Assembly (NCBI GenBank): GCA_964631725.1
Contig: CAZVYX010000007.1
Coordinates: 23,613 to 87,612 of the forward strand
Source: an uncultured Rhodospirillaceae bacterium
GTDB taxonomy: Bacteria > Pseudomonadota > Alphaproteobacteria > GCA-2731375
Direction of reading: 5' to 3'
Length of the DNA stretch: 64,000 bases
The notes under the pieces: model-generated
Database searches by the model: none
What the model was told of the DNA's origin: nothing
What the model saw: only the letters and a program-made list of their open reading frames with translations
Position numbers and translations under genes: made by a program
Shown here: positions 40,300-49,246 of the stretch, one piece after another
How positions within the stretch are numbered: position 1 is the stretch's first letter
How the letters are laid out: each line of letters opens with the position of its first letter

Positions 40300-40925
40300 C
40301 AACCTTGGCAAACCATCTGGCGGAACTGCCGCTGATCGCCATTCTTCGCGGTATCCGGCCAGACGAGGCAGTGGATATCGGAGAGGTACTGTTCGCCGCC
40401 GGATTTCGCATTATCGAAGTGCCGTTGAATTCGCCGGAGCCGCTGCAGAGCATCGCCCATCTGGCATCAGCCCTTGGCGACCGGGCACTAATCGGCGCCG
40501 GCACGGTGCTCAATCCCCAGGCCGTCGATGATGTCGCCGCCGCCAACGGCCGACTGATCGTCATGCCCCATGGTGACCCATCGGTCATTGCCCGGGCCAA
40601 GACCCAGGGCCTGTACTGCCTGCCCGGCGTTGCCACCCCTACGGAGGCCTTTGCGGCGCTCGCCGCGGGCGCCGACGGTTTGAAAATGTTTCCCGGTGAA
40701 AGCCTGCCGCCCAGCGTGGTCAAGGCCTGGCGCGCGGTGCTGCCGGCCGGGCTTGGCCTGTTTCCCGTGGGCGGCATTTCGGCGGACAAGATGGCCGCAT
40801 ATTGCGCCGCCGGCGCCAGCGGTTTTGGCCTGGGATCGGCCCTTTACAAACCCGGTATGAGCGCCGGCGAAGTTAGCGACAATGCCGAAGCGTTCGTCGC
40901 CGCGTGGCGGCAGATCGGATCATGA
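40296..40925 (+). CDS. dgoA: 2-dehydro-3-deoxy-6-phosphogalactonate aldolase
   Basis: ..LPLIAILRGI.PDEA........AGF..IE.PLNSP....SI.. ..ALIGAGTVL.. ..FP.GG.. parallel E. coli DgoA. ATGA overlap with the dgoK stop. Confidence 0.8.
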   Translation: MTTLANHLAELPLIAILRGIRPDEAVDIGEVLFAAGFRIIEVPLNSPEPLQSIAHLASALGDRALIGAGTVLNPQAVDDVAAANGRLIVMPHGDPSVIARAKTQGLYCLPGVATPTEAFAALAAGADGLKMFPGESLPPSVVKAWRAVLPAGLGLFPVGGISADKMAAYCAAGASGFGLGSALYKPGMSAGEVSDNAEAFVAAWRQIGS

Positions 40926-41455
40926 AGACTACTCTGGAAACCGAGCGGTTGATCCTGCGCCCCTTCACCATGACCGACCTGGATGATCTGATCCCGATCT
41001 ATGGCGATGGGGAGGTGATGGCAATCCGTAAGCTTGGCGTGCAGACAGCGGAACAGACAGCGGCGGAGCTGTCCGGCATCGTCGATCATTGGCGGCAACA
41101 CGGTTTCGGCCTTTGGGCCGTGATCGACCGCCAGGATGATACGTTGTTGGGGGAATGCGGCCTGCGCTACCGCGATCCGGTCCTGGCCGGGGACAGTGAG
41201 ATCGAGATATCCTACGGCCTGGCGAAAAGCGCCTGGGGCCGGGGCCTGGCGACCGAGGCCAGCCTGGCCGCCATGTCCTTCGGCTTCCATGTTGCCGGCC
41301 TGACCCGGATTGTCGCGGTCGCCAAGGCCTCCAACCACGCCTCGCACCGGGTGATGGAAAAACTTGGCATGCATCCGGCGGAGACCTGGGAACGTGACGG
41401 CCTTGGCCGGGTCAAGTACACTATCGGCGCGGAAGAATTCACAACAAACCAGTAG
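40922..41455 (+). CDS. GNAT-family N-acetyltransferase (RimJ/RimL-like)
   Basis: ..LETERLILRPFT..D.. N-terminus and ..WG.G.ATEA.. motif A. ATGA overlap with the dgoA stop. Confidence 0.8.
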   Translation: MKTTLETERLILRPFTMTDLDDLIPIYGDGEVMAIRKLGVQTAEQTAAELSGIVDHWRQHGFGLWAVIDRQDDTLLGECGLRYRDPVLAGDSEIEISYGLAKSAWGRGLATEASLAAMSFGFHVAGLTRIVAVAKASNHASHRVMEKLGMHPAETWERDGLGRVKYTIGAEEFTTNQ

Positions 41456-41472
41456 TCGAGGAATACCAGCCC

Positions 41473-42081
41473 ATGAAACTCTACGACCTGCCCCCCTCCC
41501 CCAACGCCCGCAGGGTAAGGATTTTCATTGCCGAAAAAGGGCTGGAAATACCTTCCGTCGCCGTCGACATGGCCAAGGGGGAGAACAAGCAGCCGGATTA
41601 TCTGGCGAAAAACTCCCTGGGCAAGATGCCTGTTTTGGAGCTGGATGACGGCACCTGCATCGCCGAATCCGGCGCCATCTGCCGGTATCTCGAAGAAATT
41701 CATCCCGAACCGGCCTTGATGGGCACGACGCCGGTGGAGCGGGCCCAGGTCGAGATGTGGAACCGGCGCATGGAACTGGAAATCCTGCTGCCGCTGATCA
41801 ATGTCTTCGGCCATACCCACGAAATGTGGAAGGGCGTGCATACGCAAATCGCCGAATGGGGCGAGGTTTGCCGGGAAAATGCCCTGAACAGGCTGGCCTG
41901 GCTGGACGGCGAGATCGCGGGCCGGGATTACATCGTCAATGATAGCTATTCCGTCGCGGATATTACGTTGCAGTGCGGCCTGGTTCTGGGCAAGGCGGTG
42001 GGCGTCCGCGTGCCGGAGGAATTGAGCAACGTCAACGCCTGGTTCGACCGCGTCGCGGCGCGGCCTACCGCGCGGGCATAA
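41473..42081 (+). CDS. Glutathione S-transferase
   Basis: ..MKLYD...SPN.RRVRIF.AEKG.. thioredoxin-like N-domain, ..GK.PVLELDDG..I.ES.AI.RYLE.. 202 aa. Confidence 0.85.
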   Translation: MKLYDLPPSPNARRVRIFIAEKGLEIPSVAVDMAKGENKQPDYLAKNSLGKMPVLELDDGTCIAESGAICRYLEEIHPEPALMGTTPVERAQVEMWNRRMELEILLPLINVFGHTHEMWKGVHTQIAEWGEVCRENALNRLAWLDGEIAGRDYIVNDSYSVADITLQCGLVLGKAVGVRVPEELSNVNAWFDRVAARPTARA

Positions 42082-42121
42082 AGGCGCCTATAATACCGTC
42101 GCCTAATTAAGGAGACCCATC

Positions 42122-43063
42122 ATGTCTAAACCTCTGCTGAGCGGCTCGTTCGTGGCCTTGATCACGCCGATGAACCAGGATTATTCCATTGATTACGGTG
42201 GTTTTCGCACGCTGATCGAGTTCCAGCGGGAGAATGGCTCATCCGGCGTACTGATCATGGGCTCCAGCGGCGAGGTCTCCATGCTGACGACCGAGGAGCG
42301 CTACGCCATCGTCCGCGAGACCATGCAGCAGAAACAGCCGGGTATGGAAATGTGGTACGGCTGCACCGGTCCGACCACCGAGGCGACCATTGCCTATGTC
42401 AAGCAGGCCGCCGCCGAAGGCGCCGATGGCGCCATGGTCGCGGCGCCGGCCTACATCTGCGCCTCGAACGACGATATCGTCGACTATTTCCTGGAAGTGG
42501 CCGACGCCTCGACCATTCCCCTGGGCGTCTACAACAACCCGCCACGGGTGAAGACCGACCTGTCGGCCGAGGAAGTGCTGCGCATCGCGGCGCATCCGAA
42601 CGTTCAGTTGCTGAAGGAGTCCACGGGACGGGTCGCGCAAGCGGCGCAAATCGCCCGCGCCCGCCCGGAAATGAGCCTGATGTGCTGTTGCTCCCCAAAT
42701 CTTGGCCTGATCGTGCCGACCATGAGCCTGGGCGGCCACGGCACCGCCAATATGACCGGCAACATCATCCCGCGCGAGATGGCGGTGATTTCCAAGCGCT
42801 GGGAGAATTACGAGGATGCGGAGAATTTCCAGGCCGCCTACCTGCGCAACCTGCCCATGCTGCATTACGCTTATTCCGCCATCAACCCGGTGCCGATGAA
42901 GTCCCTGATGGCCGCCATGGGCATGCCGGCCGGCCCCCTGCGCAAGCCGCAAAAGCACCTCACCGGCGCGGCCCTGCAACGGGGCCTGGATGCGGTGGCG
43001 GAGTTGGGCCTGATCGACACCTATGGCTATGCGCCGATCACCAGCTTGGCGGCGGCTGAATAA
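42122..43063 (+). CDS. DapA/N-acetylneuraminate-lyase-family class I (Schiff-base) aldolase-like enzyme
   Basis: ..ALITPM.., ..GSSGE.., ..VYNNPPR.. and ..LLKESTG.. (catalytic Lys position). AAGGAG RBS. Confidence 0.8.
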   Translation: MSKPLLSGSFVALITPMNQDYSIDYGGFRTLIEFQRENGSSGVLIMGSSGEVSMLTTEERYAIVRETMQQKQPGMEMWYGCTGPTTEATIAYVKQAAAEGADGAMVAAPAYICASNDDIVDYFLEVADASTIPLGVYNNPPRVKTDLSAEEVLRIAAHPNVQLLKESTGRVAQAAQIARARPEMSLMCCCSPNLGLIVPTMSLGGHGTANMTGNIIPREMAVISKRWENYEDAENFQAAYLRNLPMLHYAYSAINPVPMKSLMAAMGMPAGPLRKPQKHLTGAALQRGLDAVAELGLIDTYGYAPITSLAAAE

Positions 43064-43072
43064 GAACAGGCC

Positions 43073-44683
43073 ATGGAGGACGGGCAGGCCAAGTCGGCCT
43101 CGGGCATCCCGCTAAAGGCCTATTATCGGCGCGCGGATGTCGAATCCGAGCAACTGGAGGCGCCGGGCCAGGCCGACTTCACCCGGGGCATATTCGCCGA
43201 GGGCTACCGGCGCCAGGCCTGGATGGAAAGTCTGGCCTGCGGCTACGGCCTGCCGGAGGAAACCAACGAACGCATCCGCTATCTGAAAAGCGTCGGGCAG
43301 GCCGGTTACGCCGGGCGGATGTCGATCAATCTGGTGTTCGACCGGCCAACTTTTTGTGGCCTGGACAGCGATCATCCCATGGCCCGCAACGAAGTCGGCA
43401 ACGTCGGCGTCGCCATCGATTGCCTTGACGACATGGCGCGCCTGTTCGATGGCTTCGATTTAGCGCAGTTGAACGCCGGTTTCATCGCCGATCGGTCGGG
43501 GCCGTTCCTGATGGCGATGTATATCGCCCTGGCCGACAAATGGGGCGTTGCCCGGGAGCAACTGCGCGGCATCGTCTGCAACAACCCGTTGACCGATTTC
43601 TTCTGCTCCAAGACGCCGATGTTCCCGCCCGGCGATAGCCTGCGCCTAATGATCGACTGCGTCGCGTTCTGCAACGCCGAAACGCCCCGCTTCAACACGA
43701 TCCGTATCAATGGCTACAACACCCGTGAACTTGGCAGCTCGTCGCTGCAGGAAGTCGGTTTCAATCTGGCCATCGCCAGGGCCATTATCAGCGCCGCCGC
43801 TGAACGGGGCCTGGAGTTGGACAAATTCGTCGCCGGCATCAATTTTCAGTTTTCCCAAGGTAGGGACTTCTTCGAGGATATTTGCAAAATTCGCGCCGCC
43901 AGACGCATGTGGAGCCGCATGCTGGAGGAGGAATTCGCCATCGCGGACGAGGCCGCCCGGCGGATGAAGATCCACATGCAGACCGCCGGCTCCTCCCTGA
44001 CGGCGCAGGAGCCCTTGAACAACATCGCCCGCATTGGCCTCCAGGTCCTCTCGGGCGCCCTGGCCGGCAGCCAGAGCATGCATATCGCCTCCTACGACGA
44101 AGCCCTGGGCATCCCCACGGAAGAGGCGGTGCGCACCGCCATCAAGACCTCGAAAATTGTCATGCATGAAACCGGCATAGACAAGGTCGCCGATCCCCTG
44201 GGCGGCTCCTACTATGTCGAGGCCTTGACCGACGAGTTGGAGCGCCGTATCGGCGCTGTCATGGCGGAAGTGGAGGCCGAAGGTGGCGTCATCGCGGCCC
44301 TGGAAAGCGGCTATTTCGAACAGCAAATCGCCAACACCGCGTATCTGGCACAAAGCGAGATCGAGCGCGGCGAACGCGTCGTGGTCGGCGTCAACGCCTA
44401 CCGCGAAGACGGCGATGTCGGCATCAACGAGATTTTCCGGCCCAACCCGGAGGCCGCGAAAACCGCCGTCGCGCGCATCAAGGCGCTAAAGACGACGCGT
44501 GACGCCGCCGCCGCCACGGCCGCCATCGACGCCATCAAGGCCGCCGCCACGATGGGCGAGGCGATGATGCCGCGCTATGTGGAAGCCGCCAAAGCCAACG
44601 TTACGCTGGGCGAAATGATCAACGCCGTCGAGGCGGTAACGGGGCAGTTCAGCCATGCCGCCATCACCGCGAATATCAGTTAG
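43073..44683 (+). CDS. Methylmalonyl-CoA-mutase-family large subunit, highly divergent paralog B
   Basis: 536 aa. ..FTRGI.., ..DSDHP....EVG.VGVAID...DM.., ..TPRFN.., ..KIRAARRMW.., ..SLTAQEPLNNIARI.., ..DPLGGSYYVE.LT.. are colinear with MCM. Starts 9 nt after the DapA-like stop. Confidence 0.8.
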   Translation: MEDGQAKSASGIPLKAYYRRADVESEQLEAPGQADFTRGIFAEGYRRQAWMESLACGYGLPEETNERIRYLKSVGQAGYAGRMSINLVFDRPTFCGLDSDHPMARNEVGNVGVAIDCLDDMARLFDGFDLAQLNAGFIADRSGPFLMAMYIALADKWGVAREQLRGIVCNNPLTDFFCSKTPMFPPGDSLRLMIDCVAFCNAETPRFNTIRINGYNTRELGSSSLQEVGFNLAIARAIISAAAERGLELDKFVAGINFQFSQGRDFFEDICKIRAARRMWSRMLEEEFAIADEAARRMKIHMQTAGSSLTAQEPLNNIARIGLQVLSGALAGSQSMHIASYDEALGIPTEEAVRTAIKTSKIVMHETGIDKVADPLGGSYYVEALTDELERRIGAVMAEVEAEGGVIAALESGYFEQQIANTAYLAQSEIERGERVVVGVNAYREDGDVGINEIFRPNPEAAKTAVARIKALKTTRDAAAATAAIDAIKAAATMGEAMMPRYVEAAKANVTLGEMINAVEAVTGQFSHAAITANIS

Positions 44684-44695
44684 AGACGTGCCGGC

Positions 44696-45100
44696 ATGAA
44701 CGACCCAGCGATCCGGGTACTGCTGGCCAAGCCAGGCCTGGACAGTCATGAAAGCGGCATCAAGATGATCGCGGCGGGCCTGCGTGACGCCGGCATGGAA
44801 GTCATTTACCTAGGCGTCTTCCAAACCTCCGACAGCATCGTTAGCACTGCCCTGGAGGAGGATGTGGACGTGATCGGCCTGAGCTATCTCTCGGGCGGCC
44901 ACCAGGGCCTGACGGCGGAGCTTATGGCAGCCCTGAAGGACGCGGGCCTGGCCCACGTCAGCGTCATTTGCGGCGGCATCATTCCCGATGACGATCACGC
45001 CGCCCTGAAAGAGATCGGCGTCAAGGGCATCTACGGACCCGGCACGCCGATGGCCGAGGTGGCAGCGGAAATCATGGGCATTGCACGGGGCACAGGGTAA
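44696..45100 (+). CDS. Cobalamin-binding small subunit (paralog B)
   Basis: ..RVLLAKPGLDSHESGIKM.. (DxHxxG), ..DV..IGLS.LSG.H.. and ..GGIIP.. 134 aa, 12 nt after the large subunit. Confidence 0.85.
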   Translation: MNDPAIRVLLAKPGLDSHESGIKMIAAGLRDAGMEVIYLGVFQTSDSIVSTALEEDVDVIGLSYLSGGHQGLTAELMAALKDAGLAHVSVICGGIIPDDDHAALKEIGVKGIYGPGTPMAEVAAEIMGIARGTG

Positions 45101-45106
45101 GCGAGA

Positions 45107-46255
45107 CTACCACAATTGATCGGAGGCGATGGCGGCGCCCTCGACCATGGCGGCCAGCTTGGCCCAGGCAATGTCGGGATCAACCGCCGGGCGCGAGGCG
45201 AAAGTGGCGAAACCGCAGTCGGAGCCGGCGATCACCCGCTCCCGCCCGACCTTGGACGCGTAGCGGCGGATCCGTTGTGCCACCAGTTTCGGATGCTCGA
45301 TGAAATTCGAGGTGGAATCGATCACGCCCGGTATGACGACCTTGCCGTCGGGCAAGGGATGTTGGTCAAAAACCTCCCATTCGTGCTCATGGCGCGGATT
45401 GGCGCCTTCCAGAGAGATGGCGTGGGGCCGGGCGCCATAGACCAGATCCAGGATATCGGCCACGTCGATGTCATGATGGTGGGGGCCTTGATAATTGCCC
45501 CAGCAAAGATGGATGCGCATCGATTCGGGCGGGATATTGGCGGTCGCGGCATTCAGAACTTCGATATGGCGGGCCGCGACCTTGCGGAATTCGGCAACGG
45601 ATTTCTTGCGGTGCACCAGGTGCCGGCCCATGGCCAAGTCCGGGCAATCAAGCTGCAGTGTGGCGCCGGAGGCAACGATCGCCTCGTACTCGTCCTTCAG
45701 AATGCCCGCCAGGGCGTCCAAATAGGCGTCGTCATCAGGATAATATTGGTTCTGCAGGAATACCGAGACCACGCCAGGGGACGAGGCGGTAAGGAAACCT
45801 TCCGTGGGGCGGTGTTTCTTTACCGCCGCCGCGAAATTGGCCAGGTCCTTTTGCAGCGGCCCATCATCGCGCACCGAGAGGGGGCCGTCGCAGGCCGGTC
45901 CCTGCAGGCTGCGTTCCGTCCCCCCCTGCTCCACCAGACGCCGTGCATAGGGCAAGAAATCGAGCAAATCAGCGGCAGCGCGGTTTTCCGTCGCCGTGCC
46001 GCCAAAGCCATCAAGCCGGTCTTTCAGATAGGTGGCATAGCTGATTTTGCTCATCTCCCCATCGCTGACCAGATCGATGCCGGTGGCGACCTGGCGGGCG
46101 ACAATGTTGTCAACCGATGTCGCGACACATTGATCAAAGTCAGCGCTGTCATAGGGTTCGCCCTGATCCTTCAGGTCCAGCATGACGATCAGGTCATCGG
46201 GACGCGGCAAGCTGCCCACATGGGTTGTCAGAATACGGTCGATGGAAGTCTTCAT
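45107..46255 (-). CDS. Cobalamin-independent methionine synthase II (MetE C-terminal domain-like) family protein
   Basis: ..ILTTHVGSLPRP.. N-terminus, ..H.CWGN...PH.. and ..GSDCGF.. motifs typical of the COG0620 family. Confidence 0.75.
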   Translation of the reverse strand: MKTSIDRILTTHVGSLPRPDDLIVMLDLKDQGEPYDSADFDQCVATSVDNIVARQVATGIDLVSDGEMSKISYATYLKDRLDGFGGTATENRAAADLLDFLPYARRLVEQGGTERSLQGPACDGPLSVRDDGPLQKDLANFAAAVKKHRPTEGFLTASSPGVVSVFLQNQYYPDDDAYLDALAGILKDEYEAIVASGATLQLDCPDLAMGRHLVHRKKSVAEFRKVAARHIEVLNAATANIPPESMRIHLCWGNYQGPHHHDIDVADILDLVYGARPHAISLEGANPRHEHEWEVFDQHPLPDGKVVIPGVIDSTSNFIEHPKLVAQRIRRYASKVGRERVIAGSDCGFATFASRPAVDPDIAWAKLAAMVEGAAIASDQLW

Positions 46256-46568
46256 GATCGCGCCGCCCCTTGCCTGGTATGCCTAGTCCGGGAAACCCGC
46301 GGCACAGGATCGCATGGCGCGCTGGCAATCGCCAGACCCCGCGCCAGCGCCAGGAATTGAATTTTGCAGAAAAATAAAGGTTTCAATTGCCATTACCTTC
46401 AATCCCTCGGTAGACTATGGGTAATAAGAAGAAAGACAGTATCGTACGCGTGTCGGAGTATAGGGTGAAAAAGGGGGGTAGACATAATGGTCCTGAAAGG
46501 ATCCTGCCAGCCGATCAGCCGAACTTTGACACATATTCCGAGTGGCTCGCAAAGGGAGGCCTTATCTA

Positions 46569-48197
46569 ATGTCTAAGCTTAAAATCCGTAATTCATTCGG
46601 CCAGCAGACCAGGCGTGAATTTCTCGCCACGTCGTCGGCCAGCGTGGCGGCGGCAGCTGGCGCCGCGGCAACGGCCAGCATGCCGGGCGCGGCATTGGCG
46701 GCGAAGAAAAAGGGCGGCACACTGCGGTTTTCGACCCGCTCGGACTCCCGTGGTCTGGATCCGCAACGCAACATCGTCTACTACGTCTCGCATCCGTTGG
46801 CGGCGACCTCGGGCGGCCTGCTCGACATCGACGAAAACATGGACATCGTTCCGGCCATTGGCGAGGAATGGACGATATCCGATGACATGAAGACCTATAC
46901 CTTCAAGATCCGCAAGGGCGTGACCTTTCACAATGGCGCCGACGTTGATGCGCCGGCGATCAAGTGGAACTTTGACCGGGTCCGGGATCCGAAGACCAGC
47001 CACTCCTTCCATCGCAGCTTTTTCAAGTTGGTGAAAGAGGTCACCGCCGTTGACAAATATACCCTGCGAATTGATCTGGAACTGCCAAGCGCCGTCTTCC
47101 TGGCCAGCGTGACCTACTATCCGGTCAATCTGATCGCGCCCAACAGCGTTGATCAGGTGGACACGCATCCGATCGGCTGCGGACCCTTTAAATTCGTCAG
47201 TTGGAAACGTTTCGCGAAAACCGAAATGGTCCGGTTCGAGAATTTCTGGCAAACCGATGCCGCCGGCAATTCGCTGCCCTATCTCGACGCGATCGAGGGT
47301 TATCCGAAGAAAGAGGACAAGGTTCGCCTGACCGCCCTGCGCACGGGCGAAGTCGATTTGATCGAGAACATGTCCTATGCGGATGCCGCCAACTTCAAGA
47401 AAACCCAGACGGCCAATTACAATACCTGGGATATCCCGCAGGTCGGTTGCGGTTATCTTGCGGTGCAATCCAAGAAGGGTCCATTCGCCATGGACGCGGC
47501 GGACGGCAAACTGATGCGCCAGGCCTTGTCCCATGCGATTGATAAGGAAGCTATCCACCAAGCCATCTTTAACGGCTTGAGTGAAAGCCTGAACGGCTTC
47601 TATGGCACGTCGAGCTCCTGGCACATGCCAGACATCAAGAATGTCAAGGAATACGATCCGGAGAAGTCAAAGGCCATTCTGCGTAAACTGAATGCCATGA
47701 ATACGCCCGTCGCGGTTGTTGCCCGGCAGGCCTATTCATACATGCACCAGACCGGAGAGATCGTTTACTCCATGTTGGAGGAAGCGGGCTTCAAGGTGAC
47801 CAACGAAGTCTTCGACAATCCGGTGCTGCGCAAGAAGTACAAAAAGTCCGACTACGGCGTCGATTCGACGGCGAACAGCTACCGCTTCGAGCCTGATCAA
47901 TGGTATTCCGTCAACGTTCTCTCGTCCGGACCTTCAACCAAGCTGCGGACCGGTTACAAGAACGAAGCGGCTGACAAGTTGATCATCGCGGCACGGGCCA
48001 CGAAAGACAAGCAAGTGCGGATGGAGATGTATACGGACGTCGAAAGCATGGTCAATGAGGATTGCGCATTGATTTATACCCACGGCATTCCGTTGACATC
48101 CGCCGCGACCAAGAAGTTGAAGGATTACAAGCCTGCGTTTGCCGGTCCGTTCAACATCTCCAACGGCGGCGTGCGTGTCGCTTATATGGACGGTTAA
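46569..48197 (+). CDS. ABC transporter substrate-binding protein, family 5 (peptide/nickel/opine type), copy 1
   Basis: Tat-like signal ..TRREFLATSSASVAAAAGAAATASMPGAALA and a DppA/OppA-like body. ATG at 46569 follows AAGGGAGG. Confidence 0.85.
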   Translation: MSKLKIRNSFGQQTRREFLATSSASVAAAAGAAATASMPGAALAAKKKGGTLRFSTRSDSRGLDPQRNIVYYVSHPLAATSGGLLDIDENMDIVPAIGEEWTISDDMKTYTFKIRKGVTFHNGADVDAPAIKWNFDRVRDPKTSHSFHRSFFKLVKEVTAVDKYTLRIDLELPSAVFLASVTYYPVNLIAPNSVDQVDTHPIGCGPFKFVSWKRFAKTEMVRFENFWQTDAAGNSLPYLDAIEGYPKKEDKVRLTALRTGEVDLIENMSYADAANFKKTQTANYNTWDIPQVGCGYLAVQSKKGPFAMDAADGKLMRQALSHAIDKEAIHQAIFNGLSESLNGFYGTSSSWHMPDIKNVKEYDPEKSKAILRKLNAMNTPVAVVARQAYSYMHQTGEIVYSMLEEAGFKVTNEVFDNPVLRKKYKKSDYGVDSTANSYRFEPDQWYSVNVLSSGPSTKLRTGYKNEAADKLIIAARATKDKQVRMEMYTDVESMVNEDCALIYTHGIPLTSAATKKLKDYKPAFAGPFNISNGGVRVAYMDG

Positions 48198-48227
48198 CCG
48201 CGTATCTAGAAGAGGCGCATTCGTTGT

Positions 48228-48261
48228 CCGGCGACGCTTTCCCAACCGAAGGCGTCGCCGG
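48228..48261 (+). terminator. Intercistronic hairpin CCGGCGACGC-N14-GCGTCGCCGG after the binding-protein gene
   Basis: 10-bp perfect stem in the 87-nt gap between the binding-protein and permease genes. Possibly an attenuator or mRNA stabiliser. Confidence 0.4.
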
Positions 48262-48284
48262 CGCGCCGGGCCGGAGCTTGTAGC

Positions 48285-49235
48285 ATGCTCATTTATGCAA
48301 TCAATCGCATATTGCAGATTATTCCCGTGATTTTCATCCTTTCGGTCCTGGTATTCGGTTTCGTCCATGCCCTGCCCGGCGATGTCATCGATACCCTGAC
48401 CGCCACGGACGGCGAAGAGGATCCGGAAGTCCGGGCCGCCTTGGAAGAGGAATTTGGTCTCAACAAGCCGATTTACGTGCAGTATTTCATTTGGGTTGGC
48501 TCCGCCCTGCAAGGTGATTTCGGCAAATCGCTGGTGACCCGTCGGCCGGTCAATATTGAACTGATCGAACGAATTCCCGCCACCGTATATTTGGCACTTG
48601 TCGGTATTGGGTTATCGATATTGATCGCCGTGCCCCTGGGAACGCTGGCGGCGGTCAGACGCAACACCCTGACGGATTACTCGGCACAAATATCCTCGCT
48701 GGCCGGCATATCGATCCCGGAATTCTGGTTCGCAATTCTATGTATTCTGCTGTTTGCACTTCACCTGGGCTGGTTGCCCTCGTCCGGCTATGCGCCGTTA
48801 TTTAGTGAACCCGGCAAGAGCGTTTTTTATCTGATCCTGCCGGCCCTTGCCGTGGGCTTCCGCCAAGCCGCCTTCACCACTCGGCTGACGCGGTCCTCAA
48901 TGCTGGACGAAATCAGCAAGGATTATGTCGATACCGCACGTTCCTTGGGTCTTTCCGAACGCAAAGTGATTTACAAATACACCCTGCGCAACGCCATGAT
49001 CCCGACCATCACCATTTCCGGCCTGCAGTTGGCCGGCCTGCTGGGCGGCACGGTGGTGTTGGAGACGATCTTTTCCTGGCCAGGCATCGGTTTGGCCATC
49101 TATTCAGCCATCCAGCTACGTGATTTCCCGGTCATCCAGGCCGGCGTCCTGGTGTTGGGCATCATGGTGGTGATCATCAATCTGCTGGTCGATTTATTGT
49201 ACCGCGTGCTGAACCCACGCGTTGGTATGGGTTAG
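48285..49235 (+). CDS. ABC transporter permease (DppB/OppB-like)
   Basis: ..RILQ.IPV.F.LSVLVF...H.LPGD.. N-terminus and EAA-loop region ..Y..TARS.GLSE..V.. Confidence 0.9.
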   Translation: MLIYAINRILQIIPVIFILSVLVFGFVHALPGDVIDTLTATDGEEDPEVRAALEEEFGLNKPIYVQYFIWVGSALQGDFGKSLVTRRPVNIELIERIPATVYLALVGIGLSILIAVPLGTLAAVRRNTLTDYSAQISSLAGISIPEFWFAILCILLFALHLGWLPSSGYAPLFSEPGKSVFYLILPALAVGFRQAAFTTRLTRSSMLDEISKDYVDTARSLGLSERKVIYKYTLRNAMIPTITISGLQLAGLLGGTVVLETIFSWPGIGLAIYSAIQLRDFPVIQAGVLVLGIMVVIINLLVDLLYRVLNPRVGMG

Positions 49236-49246
49236 GGGACGCCGCA

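Noticed and set aside
46256-46568. Possible cobalamin (or SAM-II) riboswitch in the 313-bp leader region upstream of the MetE-like gene and the first ABC binding-protein gene.
   Set aside because: I read both strands and found only a bulged hairpin (GGCGCG-gggt-CTGGC-gatt-GCCAG-CGCGCC on the minus strand). I could not find a B12-box-like GCCACTG core or the conserved GGTGAAAATCC / CCCGCAACTGTAA-type elements. An Infernal/Rfam scan would be decisive.
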